From contig JAQOWU010000003.1 of assembly GCA_030867685.1 (NCBI GenBank), positions 682,001 through 746,000 of the forward strand: 64,000 nt of DNA, in the 5' to 3' direction. A program made the translations under genes and the position numbers. Positions within the stretch are counted from its first letter, which is position 1. Each line of letters opens with the position of its first letter. Below, in pieces: positions 19,659-29,246 of the stretch. Below the pieces are notes generated by a model that was given only the letters and a program-made list of their open reading frames with translations, was not told where the DNA came from and ran no database searches. Source of the stretch: Wickerhamiella versatilis (Eukaryota).

Positions 19659-20744
19659 TTACTTAGAGTCGGTATCTCTGTTAAAAATATCCTCGTACCG
19701 TGGTAAGTACCGCGGCAAATCGTCTTCCTCCTCACTTCTACGCAATGCTCCCAGTACAGACACAGGAGTAATTAAAGAAGTCATTCCTGAAGTTTCAGGA
19801 TATCCTGAATCGCAAAATTGTAGATCAACAACAAATTTGAAGCTATGGCGGAAGTGGGTTGTGCTGAAAGACTCTGTAAGTTGCTCTTGAATCATAGCCG
19901 TTTCAAGATACTCGCTCAGGTCATAAGAGCCGTCCTTGATAGACAAATTCGGGGTGGCAGAACAAACATTTCTATCCATTTTAATCGCAGATTTATGCCA
20001 TCCTCTATCAATCAGCACCTCCGTGGTCTCTCTCAAGTATGCTTTCAATTGGACAAGAGTTAAAGCTTCCGGACTCGTCATCTCAAGCGTTAATTGGACT
20101 CCCAATAAGTACGGACTCTGTCTCAAGCCAATTTCTGGGACCTTCAATATAAATTTCATGCCAATCTCACGTTGGACGGGATCTTTTTTTAATATGCGTT
20201 GTGCAGCATTCTTAAGGCCCGGAGACTGGAGCCGCAGTAGTTGGTCATAAACGTATGTTTTCATCTCCGTATTAAAAGTATAAATTCGTGATGGCACCAC
20301 CAATATTTCTTTTGACTCTCGGATATTCGAAGCCATGAATTCAGGGCGACATATTGTAACTTTAACGTACCATATAATCTTCGAGATAGATCCCTTTAAT
20401 TTCAGCGTTCCCGGGAGATTTCCATCGCAAGGAATGGTAAATTTAAAACCAAACCTATGCGTTCCTGTGCTGATTTTATAATGAGCATTAGGTAGCATAT
20501 TAGGACCAGGAAAAAGTTGACAGTCTTCCGAGTAGTCTTTTTTTCGCTCAGTCTTGTAGTATCCTCCTTGAGTAGTCGAAACCCATACGACAGCAAGTTC
20601 CTCACATCTCAATTTTACAGAAATTGACTTCAAATCCGTATCCTTGCGCAAGTTATGAACTACAACTGACCCTGCAACTTTGTCCCCATTTGTATACTTC
20701 CTTCTTCCTCCTTCTAGTTCAATTTTGGCATATATGTTTTTCAT
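19659..20744 (-). CDS. Alpha-arrestin-like protein with C-terminal PY motifs
   Basis: Arrestin_N pattern (YTNGDKVAGSV..SISVKL..H.F.F.F.IP..LP..I.W.VKVTI.RP) and tandem LPRYLPRY Rsp5-binding motifs. Confidence 0.7.
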   Translation of the reverse strand: MKNIYAKIELEGGRRKYTNGDKVAGSVVVHNLRKDTDLKSISVKLRCEELAVVWVSTTQGGYYKTERKKDYSEDCQLFPGPNMLPNAHYKISTGTHRFGFKFTIPCDGNLPGTLKLKGSISKIIWYVKVTICRPEFMASNIRESKEILVVPSRIYTFNTEMKTYVYDQLLRLQSPGLKNAAQRILKKDPVQREIGMKFILKVPEIGLRQSPYLLGVQLTLEMTSPEALTLVQLKAYLRETTEVLIDRGWHKSAIKMDRNVCSATPNLSIKDGSYDLSEYLETAMIQEQLTESFSTTHFRHSFKFVVDLQFCDSGYPETSGMTSLITPVSVLGALRRSEEEDDLPRYLPRYEDIFNRDTDSK

Positions 20745-20837
20745 GGATTTCTACTGCATCCAGAAAAGCAGTTAGGTGATTCCTTGTACTTCAAGCCACG
20801 CACCCTGCAGCAGTTGCGATTACGTCATTTTTTCAAT

Positions 20838-21455
20838 ATGCCTAGCAAAATTTTTGTGAGCTATGAAAAGATCCATAAACTATGCCAGGAGTCTGCAAAA
20901 AAGCTAGCAGAGTTCAATCCTCAGGTAATAATTGCTATTGGAGGAGGTGGATTTATTCCGGCAAGGATTTTGCGTAGTTTTCTCAAGAGGGAAAAGCATG
21001 ATTCAAAAAATATTCCTATTCAAGCAATAGGCCTGAGTTTGTACGAGGACATGGGTAAAGATGAAGACACCATTGGAAAAGAGGTGGTTAGAACTCAATG
21101 GCTTGATTTCAGTGCATTACAGGAGCATCGTTTGGATCTTATCGGAAAAAATCTGCTGATCGTTGATGAAGTTGATGACACTCGTACAACACTGAAGTAT
21201 GCTGTGTCTGAGCTTCAGAAAGATTTAGATAAACTTGCAAAGGATACTGGTCGTGAGAATGAGAAGACAAATATAAGTGTTTTTGTTTTACACAATAAAC
21301 TCAAGAAAAAAAATGCGGAACTACCTGATGAATTGATGAAGTCTGGAAAATATGTTGCCGCGGAAACTACCGCTGATGAGTGGATCGTCTATCCTTGGGA
21401 AGCAGTCGATATCGATGAACATACAAAATTAGCTGCTGAGCAAGGAAACATATAA
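20838..21455 (+). CDS. XPT1: Xanthine/hypoxanthine-guanine phosphoribosyltransferase (fungal Xpt1/Hpt1 type)
   Basis: IIAIGGGGFIPARILRSFL, IGLSLYE, LIVDEVDDTRTTL and WIVYPWE. First ATG at 20838. Confidence 0.9.
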   Translation: MPSKIFVSYEKIHKLCQESAKKLAEFNPQVIIAIGGGGFIPARILRSFLKREKHDSKNIPIQAIGLSLYEDMGKDEDTIGKEVVRTQWLDFSALQEHRLDLIGKNLLIVDEVDDTRTTLKYAVSELQKDLDKLAKDTGRENEKTNISVFVLHNKLKKKNAELPDELMKSGKYVAAETTADEWIVYPWEAVDIDEHTKLAAEQGNI

Positions 21456-21535
21456 ACGAATATTAGGATTACAGGTTTTTACTTTAGTGATTAGTTGACT
21501 TACTCAAAATAATTACACTAATTCACACTATGCTT

Positions 21536-22789
21536 TCATATTAGTCCTTGTCGGCGAAGATCGTAGTATACTCGTTCTGACATCACGTTACCGTCTTCAT
21601 CCTCCACCTCCCGCTCTGTATCACCTATGGCATTCAAACTATTTTGCTGAATAGTATGCCATAATTTTTCAGCATCATTTATTGATGCAATGCCATTAAA
21701 GGCAGGCGAAGGAGTTATTCCAAGGCAGCGTAACCCGTGCGCATGTTCGGAATCAACAAAATGCTTATCGAAGGCCTTGCGTCCATGATATTTTTTATCT
21801 CCGCATATTTCGCATGGAAAAATGTGTCCCAAACCTTGCAGCTTATAGAGCCAATGTGGAATAGGTCTCCCATTCGGGTCTAATGGCATTATTGGGTGGC
21901 CTTCGTTATCACTGGAATCATCAATGTCGGATTCATACACGTTCTCTTCACGTATTTCATGCTCTATCGCCATAGCTTCCAGATGTCTTTCTTGTTCTGT
22001 CATTGCTTTACGTCGAGATATTTCTCTGACAGTAGCATCAATTTCTGGTTTTATAACTTTGACCAGATGCTTTACGGGCAAGATATGACGACCACTATTG
22101 ATTCGATGCTTTCTGCCGCGTAGATGTGCTTTATAAATTCCAGTTGATGCGTACTTTTTATCACAAAACCGGCAATATAGTTCTTCGTCAGAATAATTTT
22201 TACATTCCGGTATTTTTTCTAGTGGGTGTGATTTTTGCCAAAATTCAACTAAGCACTGCCTCAAGCTGTCTAAAAACCATTCAGGCCCTGCAATAGTCTC
22301 ACCGAGACTAGTTATGAAGGTTTCATAATCTGTTTTATAGCCCAGTTGCCGCCAATCATTGTAGTTACGGGTGAAGTCGACATGAGATCCATAGTTTTCT
22401 GGCCCACTAAATATTTTATCGACTTCAAGATTGTATGTCATTGCACACTTGAACCTATTCAATCCCTTCTTGCCTATCTCCAACTCTCTTGCTAACGGAT
22501 GAAAAACTGCATCATGACGATAGCGGTCTTCGATTTCTGCTAGCTCACTTTCGAAGTCCACAGATTCATCGACTTCTAAGGGAAAAGAGATCCTCTGAGC
22601 CACATACGCATAGCGATCTAAAAGGAGCCGAGCATCCCATTGAGCTGTAATGAATTCACGTCTTCTCAGCCTCTTTTTTTGACTAATTCCACTTTCAAAT
22701 GGTAGCCACTGCGGATTATGAATTATTCTTAATGCCAGGGCATATTCAAGTCGCTCCAACTCTTCCAGCTGTGCTCGGGTCCTCTCCAT
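21536..22789 (-). CDS. PRP9: U2 snRNP SF3a subunit Prp9 (SF3A3)
   Basis: PIPHWLYKLQGL..CEICG...GRKAFDKHF..H..GLRCLGI and C-terminal EDEDGNVMSERVYYDLRRQGLI. Confidence 0.93.
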   Translation of the reverse strand: MERTRAQLEELERLEYALALRIIHNPQWLPFESGISQKKRLRRREFITAQWDARLLLDRYAYVAQRISFPLEVDESVDFESELAEIEDRYRHDAVFHPLARELEIGKKGLNRFKCAMTYNLEVDKIFSGPENYGSHVDFTRNYNDWRQLGYKTDYETFITSLGETIAGPEWFLDSLRQCLVEFWQKSHPLEKIPECKNYSDEELYCRFCDKKYASTGIYKAHLRGRKHRINSGRHILPVKHLVKVIKPEIDATVREISRRKAMTEQERHLEAMAIEHEIREENVYESDIDDSSDNEGHPIMPLDPNGRPIPHWLYKLQGLGHIFPCEICGDKKYHGRKAFDKHFVDSEHAHGLRCLGITPSPAFNGIASINDAEKLWHTIQQNSLNAIGDTEREVEDEDGNVMSERVYYDLRRQGLI

Positions 22790-22828
22790 TACGTGATTAA
22801 CAATTTTATTAGATAATTTTTTCTACTC

Positions 22829-24103
22829 ATGTCAACTTTTGAAGATTTGGGCATATCAAAGTGGCTATGCGATTCATTACGTGCAATGGCTATATATAAG
22901 CCATCTTCAGTCCAAAAGTCATGTATACCCCCCATATCAGCGGGAAATGACTGCATAGGCGGTGCAAGAACTGGTAGCGGTAAGACTATAGCTTTCGCAG
23001 CACCCATGCTAAGTGAATGGTCGCGCGATCCTTGGGGAATATGTGGGCTGATACTTACTCCTACCAGAGAGCTAGCCATCCAAATTGCTGAGCAGTTTCG
23101 TGCTTTGGGTGCAACTATGAATGTTAGAGTTGCTGTTGTTGTCGGTGGTGCTGATATGGTTTCGCAATCGCTTGAACTTCAACGAAAGCCACATTTTGTT
23201 GTTGCTACTCCGGGGAGATTAGCTGATCATATTTTGTCAAGCGGAGAAGACACTGTCGGAGGTCTTCGTAGGATCAAATATCTTGTTCTCGACGAAGCTG
23301 ACCGATTATTGAGCGCTAGCCTTGCTTCTGATCTTGGAAAGTGTATGGAAATTTTACCACCACCAAAATCTAGACAAACTTTGTTATTTACAGCCACTCT
23401 AACGGATTCTGTTAATAGTCTCCGTGAACGAAACCCTGCAGTCTTTGTACATGAAGTTCCCAAAGAGGAAAATGTGATACCACAGGCACTTCATCAATAC
23501 TACTTGCTTTGCCCATCATATGTGAAGCATGCGTACTTGTATAGCCTTCTAAGCGTGGCTGAAAATGCCGAAAAAACAGGAATGGTTTTTGTGAATCGCA
23601 CGGAGACTGCAGAGGTTATTCTTCGTACTTTACAACTTTCTGGTATTAGAACGACAAGCTTACATTCTCAAATGCCTCAGTCTGAACGTCTTAATGCCCT
23701 AGGAAGATTCAGAGCAGGCGCTGCTCGTATAATGGTATCAACGGATGTTGCCTCAAGAGGCTTGGATATTCCACAGGTGGAAATGGTGATCAATTACGAT
23801 CTCCCTGCTGATGCGGATGACTATGTTCACCGTGTTGGGCGTACGGCACGTGCTGGACGTGGGGGTGAAGCTTTCTCAATCGTATCAGAGCGAGACGTAG
23901 CTCGTATAGAGAATATTGAAAAGCGTATAGGGTCGAAACTTGTTCAATATTCTGCTATCACTGACAAACAAGTCATAGATACGGCCCTGAAGAAGGTAAG
24001 TGTGGCAAAGAGACAAGCGCTGGTAGACATGGATAGGGATAACTTCGGTGAAAAACGGAAGATCCAAAAAAAGAAGGCGAAAGTTGCTCGACGCACTCGC
24101 TAA
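22829..24103 (+). CDS. DBP8: DEAD-box RNA helicase Dbp8
   Basis: GGARTGSGKTIAFA, LTPTRELA.QIAEQF, DEAD, TAT and HRVGRTARAGR. The region GRLADHILSSGEDTVGGLRR is Dbp8-typical. Confidence 0.93.
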   Translation: MSTFEDLGISKWLCDSLRAMAIYKPSSVQKSCIPPISAGNDCIGGARTGSGKTIAFAAPMLSEWSRDPWGICGLILTPTRELAIQIAEQFRALGATMNVRVAVVVGGADMVSQSLELQRKPHFVVATPGRLADHILSSGEDTVGGLRRIKYLVLDEADRLLSASLASDLGKCMEILPPPKSRQTLLFTATLTDSVNSLRERNPAVFVHEVPKEENVIPQALHQYYLLCPSYVKHAYLYSLLSVAENAEKTGMVFVNRTETAEVILRTLQLSGIRTTSLHSQMPQSERLNALGRFRAGAARIMVSTDVASRGLDIPQVEMVINYDLPADADDYVHRVGRTARAGRGGEAFSIVSERDVARIENIEKRIGSKLVQYSAITDKQVIDTALKKVSVAKRQALVDMDRDNFGEKRKIQKKKAKVARRTR

Positions 24104-24173
24104 CTTATTCTCACGATATCCTCGTGTATTTATATAATGCATAAAGACGCAATAATTTTTACTTTACTTCACT

Positions 24174-26249
24174 TTACTTCCTTTTCTTCTGTCGATCAAT
24201 ATGGGCACGAAGAACCTTTTGTTTGTCTCTTAGACTCTTACGAGCCTTACCTTGCACATCTCTCTTATGAATCATCATAACAAAGTTCTTCTTTCGTGCC
24301 TTCTCCTTATTTGTAGTCGAATGGTTTTTCTCAGCATGAAGCCGCTTGCGTGATCCAAATTCACGGCCTTCCCGTCCTTGCTGTACATGTGCAAGCCTCT
24401 CCTCTTTATTTTGCTTGAATTTCTGAGGCCCGGCCAATTCCATTGCTTCAATAATTTCTTCATTAGATTGGCCCATTGCTTTCCGCATGCCATGTTCTGC
24501 ACGTAATTTATCAAGCTTCTGGAAATCCGCGGGGGTTAGAATCTCTCTAGAAGCTAAACTTACTTCCTCGGATTTATCCTTCTGATTGACTTCTTCAGGC
24601 TCATTCTTTTGATCGACATCATCCTTATCATCATCACTGTCTGATATGTTGTAATCTTGATCGGATTCAATGTTAATCCAACCCTCCGAAGAATCGCTTT
24701 CATCACCTGAAGCAACTTCCCATGCATCCTTGCCATCTTCATCTTGTACATTATCCGCCTTAGCTAGCAGATCAAGTCCTGCAATGTCTTCGCTCGGTTT
24801 CTCTTCACCATACTTAAGCGCATGTGTCTCTCCTGCTCTCAATGCCATAGTCGCTACCTTGCCCCGTTCTTTTACGGGTAAGAGAGATGGGTCAATCTGG
24901 CGATAGAGCTGAACAAGGGATCGAGCAGCAATCACAACAGGTTTTGACTTTGACCCCTTATATGCTATTAAGTCGTGAAGCAGTGGCTGCTCAATTGCAA
25001 GAGGTGTCCTAACAAGAATTTCCCGAATGGCATTTAGCCCAGCTGCGGCGACTTCTGCTGCAACTCCGTCACTCACAAATTCATCGGCAATTTTCCGTAC
25101 CACAGGGCCAATAACATCTGGGGGTACAAGGTTATGCGCTGATTGTGCTGCAGCAGCTAAAAATTGAGTAACGTTAACTTGTTTTGGTGTGAGATAGCGC
25201 TGAATCCAGCTGTAGAAACCAAGGACTATCAATTTATGTGTACCAACAAGACGCGCAACCAGGTTTGTACATTCCACCTTCTGATCCATTGTGAGCTTAA
25301 AGCCACCTTTAGAGTTCTGTAGATGTTTTGAGAATAATCTTTCTGAGAACCCTTGGGGATCACGAAGCAGATGAATGGCACTAAAATTAAGATGAGTGGC
25401 ATCCTTACCTAGACCATTCACATATCGTTTATGCGTGCGTACGGCTGATTCCATCTGCTTCGTTCTCTTCCTTGACTTCTTGTTGATTTTCATTTGATGC
25501 TTTATGCTTCCCATATCGAGATCCGAGTCAGACTCTTCAGCATCTAGGGCTTCCGAACGCTCACGGTCAGCCCCCAAAAAGAATCTTATTCCTGATATAG
25601 CAACCTTTGGATCATCGTGAACGGCTGCATGGGTCATAATTTCGACACTACGGCTATCATCCCAAAGACCACGTCTCCAAAGCTCTCTGGTTATCTTTGT
25701 TGCCCATAATCCATTTGCTGTAGCATCTTCCAATAAGTTAAAAAGTAACGCCTGAACCATACGATTTAATTGGGGAGCCTTTGAAGGTTCATTTGCATTC
25801 TTTATCATTTGAATCAGCGTGGAATACACCTGAGTACGCAACTGCTTGGATTCGGTGTTCAGAAGTACTGGCCACAAAGTTTGTACAAATGTATCGTTAG
25901 AAAGTATCCCCTTATTCCGAAGCATACTTAGGCAATGAATCAGTTTTTCTGCAACAACCACATGAAGCCCTGAATGATTTTCAACCAGAAGATTGGAAAT
26001 TTCAGCAGAGAAACCATCTGTTTCTTTCGGATAGCAAGAACACATTTGGGTCATAAATCCTAGAAGTTCTGTGAATTCCTGCGTACCTTGTAGGCTTCGA
26101 GGATTTTGAAAAAATATATCACGCAGACTTGCATAATGATCATGTTGAAGCTTGAATTCTTCCTTGTAGCTTTCTGGATCACGCCGTATAAGGTTCTGCA
26201 ATAACGCTATATTTGTGGGCAATATGGCCGCTCTTCTTTGTCTCGGCAT
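24174..26249 (-). CDS. SDA1: 60S biogenesis protein Sda1
   Basis: N-terminal LPTNIALLQNLIRRDPESYKEEF, NFSAIHLLRDPQGF and C-terminal STTNKEKARKKNFVM. Confidence 0.95.
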   Translation of the reverse strand: MPRQRRAAILPTNIALLQNLIRRDPESYKEEFKLQHDHYASLRDIFFQNPRSLQGTQEFTELLGFMTQMCSCYPKETDGFSAEISNLLVENHSGLHVVVAEKLIHCLSMLRNKGILSNDTFVQTLWPVLLNTESKQLRTQVYSTLIQMIKNANEPSKAPQLNRMVQALLFNLLEDATANGLWATKITRELWRRGLWDDSRSVEIMTHAAVHDDPKVAISGIRFFLGADRERSEALDAEESDSDLDMGSIKHQMKINKKSRKRTKQMESAVRTHKRYVNGLGKDATHLNFSAIHLLRDPQGFSERLFSKHLQNSKGGFKLTMDQKVECTNLVARLVGTHKLIVLGFYSWIQRYLTPKQVNVTQFLAAAAQSAHNLVPPDVIGPVVRKIADEFVSDGVAAEVAAAGLNAIREILVRTPLAIEQPLLHDLIAYKGSKSKPVVIAARSLVQLYRQIDPSLLPVKERGKVATMALRAGETHALKYGEEKPSEDIAGLDLLAKADNVQDEDGKDAWEVASGDESDSSEGWINIESDQDYNISDSDDDKDDVDQKNEPEEVNQKDKSEEVSLASREILTPADFQKLDKLRAEHGMRKAMGQSNEEIIEAMELAGPQKFKQNKEERLAHVQQGREGREFGSRKRLHAEKNHSTTNKEKARKKNFVMMIHKRDVQGKARKSLRDKQKVLRAHIDRQKKRK

Positions 26250-26945
26250 GACGGTTAAAAAAATTATGTAATATCGTAGAGATGAAAATAAGTATAAAAA
26301 ATTGCGACTCTCATACTCAAATCACACAAGAATTTTTGTGATTTTCATTAATGATAGATTCTATTTCTAATACTTTTATTTGGTAAACCAATGAGTTTGA
26401 CTTCGATATGAAGTAGTTTTATTTCATCGTATCTGCGGTTCATGAGAGATCTAGCGAATTGGTTCCACAAAACCACAATCCCAGATAATAGTTCGAGTAA
26501 ATGTTACAGTTGAGACGGTGAAGCAAATCATCACGTCAAAGTTTCTTCACTCTGCACATCCTATCTTGAGACAAAAAGCTAAGGATGGCCAGATATATTA
26601 AAATAAAATGGTGGCGGAGTAACTGAAGGTGGCAGTGCCATTTCTTGGGGGGAATTGGCCTTCGATAGCCTTTCAGGGGACTCCCGGGCTACCTGTCTCT
26701 TTTTAGGACTTTCACTCCGATGATGCATATTTGCGACACGTCGCTTCATATCAGAAGAAACGACACAAAAATTCCAACCAGTATTGGGCGATAATAAAAG
26801 CTGTCTCTGCTTAATCAATCGTTTCTGAAGGCGGAAGGCCTTCCAGTTCCTGTTATTGTTGCTTACTACCTCGACTCGGCACGTGAACACATATGTGGGG
26901 CGCTTAAATAAGTGTTTTAGGTGAATAGACTATAAATATATTAAT

Positions 26946-28718
26946 TCATTTAGAAAATAATTTTGTGACCGCAGCATAGTTTATCTTTTTCGAATGAACT
27001 TTTTCTTTGAGCATATTGGCTGCATTCATTCCCGCACTAGTTGCCTGACCGGCCTCCGGCTTAGCTCGCTGGGGTCTGCGACGTTTGCGTTGAGGTCGAC
27101 TTATACCTGCAGCCTCCTCTGCTTCACGTCGTAAACGCTTACGCTCTTGATCCAATAAATACTCGCGATTTATAGACATCCACACTTTAGACTTCAAGTC
27201 AATTTCTTCTTCGTTCAACAAAACATCTTCTATTTCATCATCATCAACATCGCTTAGCGACTCAGGCTCAGCTGGAACACTCTCAGAAACGCCCGCTTGT
27301 CTCTCTTGTTGTTCCTGTTCGGCCTCAAGCTTAAGTTTTTGACGCGCTCTGAAGTCAAGCAAAAACTTCTCTGCTCTGCCTAAAACTGAGCTTTCAATAG
27401 ATTCCTGAGTGAAAGATTCCGCTGCTTGCTCAGAAGCTTCTATGTCGCTTTCCTCATGATCACTCGGGCATGGAGAGCCATCGGACGGTTCATATCTTTT
27501 GATGGACTCACTTTCTGGTTCCAGGGCCTCAACCGAGGAGGCCTTAGCCAATGCTTGCTTTGAGGGTGAAGGGTGGCCCATAGAGCCCAGTCCATTCTTG
27601 TGCTTCGTCTCCAGCTCTTCGGCAGCTACCTGAAGTCGCGGTATCTGCAGGATGAGATCTACATCCATACTCAGCTCAAGTTGGTTACCATCCTCCTTAT
27701 CGAGCTCCTTTGCAAGAGCTACCATGTCTTCGTCCAGATAGGGATCCGATGGATGCTCTCCATTTTTGAATGCCTCTTCATCGCGTGACAATCGCTCAGA
27801 CATACGTCTTTCCAATTCACGATGACGAGTGAAAGATGGAGGGTCAGCGGCAGATTCGATATTAGTACGACGGAAATCTTGAACAGACAACGTACCAGCA
27901 TTGGTGTCCCGGAATTCATCAAGGCGCCGCTGCAGGGTTTCTTCAGCAATTTTGGCAACCTGCACGATCTCTGCCTTGGATCTGCGAAAGTTATTCATTC
28001 GAGCAGCCAGCAAGGTGCATGCAGCTGCTACACCTGCTGGCCGTCGTCCCTGTTGAAGCCAATCCTTACCCATGCGTTGAACCAGAAGCTTTGCATCATT
28101 TATCACACGCTTGGAAGCTGTTCCGAACTGGAGTTTTGCCGTAAAACGCTGGATATATACAGTCGGATCCACAATAGGAAGATCACGAATGTTCTGATTT
28201 TTGACCAAAGCCAGATAAGTTGCACCAATATTGAAAACATTAACTCTGATCAGTTCTGCAAAATCCATAAGCATGTGGTCTGTTTTACCGAGTCTACAAG
28301 CCAAATACAGACAAGCACTCAACACATGTTGTGACTTACGTCCTTTGACAAAATTGTTTGCCAATGCAGTTCTGAAAAATCTTAAAGCGCCTTCAATGAT
28401 GTGCTCTGGAATCCTTAGGGCATGGCCTATCCTATCCATCCGGTGGCGCGCCTTTTCAATGGTCTGATGACGGGACTCCCCTGCCTGCATCCCGTAAAGG
28501 GAATTCCCGAGAACACCCGTCTGATCATGTGAGACATATTGTCCAGTTACCACAGCTTTTCCTCCACTGGTCTCGCTAAAACTAACTTCAGATACGATAC
28601 GCGACTCCTCCGCGACAGCACCACAGTTATGACAAACAAGCTCTCCTGTAGTCATATCTCTCTGGAATTCACCAGGATAGCCACATTGAGGACAGCTTCT
28701 AGGTCTACTAGACGACAT
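26946..28718 (-). CDS. BRF1: TFIIIB subunit Brf1
   Basis: Zn ribbon CPQCG..CHNCG, TFIIB cyclin repeats, GRRPAGVAAAC..AARMNNFRRS and terminal SKKINY. Confidence 0.95.
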   Translation of the reverse strand: MSSSRPRSCPQCGYPGEFQRDMTTGELVCHNCGAVAEESRIVSEVSFSETSGGKAVVTGQYVSHDQTGVLGNSLYGMQAGESRHQTIEKARHRMDRIGHALRIPEHIIEGALRFFRTALANNFVKGRKSQHVLSACLYLACRLGKTDHMLMDFAELIRVNVFNIGATYLALVKNQNIRDLPIVDPTVYIQRFTAKLQFGTASKRVINDAKLLVQRMGKDWLQQGRRPAGVAAACTLLAARMNNFRRSKAEIVQVAKIAEETLQRRLDEFRDTNAGTLSVQDFRRTNIESAADPPSFTRHRELERRMSERLSRDEEAFKNGEHPSDPYLDEDMVALAKELDKEDGNQLELSMDVDLILQIPRLQVAAEELETKHKNGLGSMGHPSPSKQALAKASSVEALEPESESIKRYEPSDGSPCPSDHEESDIEASEQAAESFTQESIESSVLGRAEKFLLDFRARQKLKLEAEQEQQERQAGVSESVPAEPESLSDVDDDEIEDVLLNEEEIDLKSKVWMSINREYLLDQERKRLRREAEEAAGISRPQRKRRRPQRAKPEAGQATSAGMNAANMLKEKVHSKKINYAAVTKLFSK

Positions 28719-29246
28719 TGTGTCTTGTTGAGCTGTCTACAAGTATTGCAAAGCTGGAGACAAAAAGTCTATGAGATTTATGTTGTCTTACGTAAACCAC
28801 CGCATCTATCATATCTTAGTGCAATGTCATCTTCAATACATAGAAATGAGCAGATGGAAATATTTTTCTTCGGTATTTTGAACTATTTTCTTATGATTTA
28901 TATGTATGAGCATTAGACAACCTAGAACATACACCATACACATATGATATGTCTGTGTTTCCTACCTTCTTCTTGAAGTCATAGAAATTGCCAAATCCAG
29001 CACTGAACACCCACTTCTCCTATTGGAAAGCATTACAGATGCGTGATCGGCCTCAGTAGATAACTGCAATGCGGCTAATTAAGTGTACGTATATTAGATA
29101 GATTCTACGGTATACTAGAGAAATATGTCTACCCCACTTTGTCCAATTCTAAAATCTGGTCTTATAGGAACTAACTAGAATCTCGTTTATATGTAGGCTG
29201 AGCTCTCCTACAAATGGCCACATCAAACTGGTGTGTTTAGGGTTGT

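Noticed and set aside
29085-29178. GTACGT...ACTAAC-TAG possible intron upstream of SGM1
   Set aside because: An in-frame TGA follows the acceptor, so no coding extension results. Weak donor and no transcript evidence.
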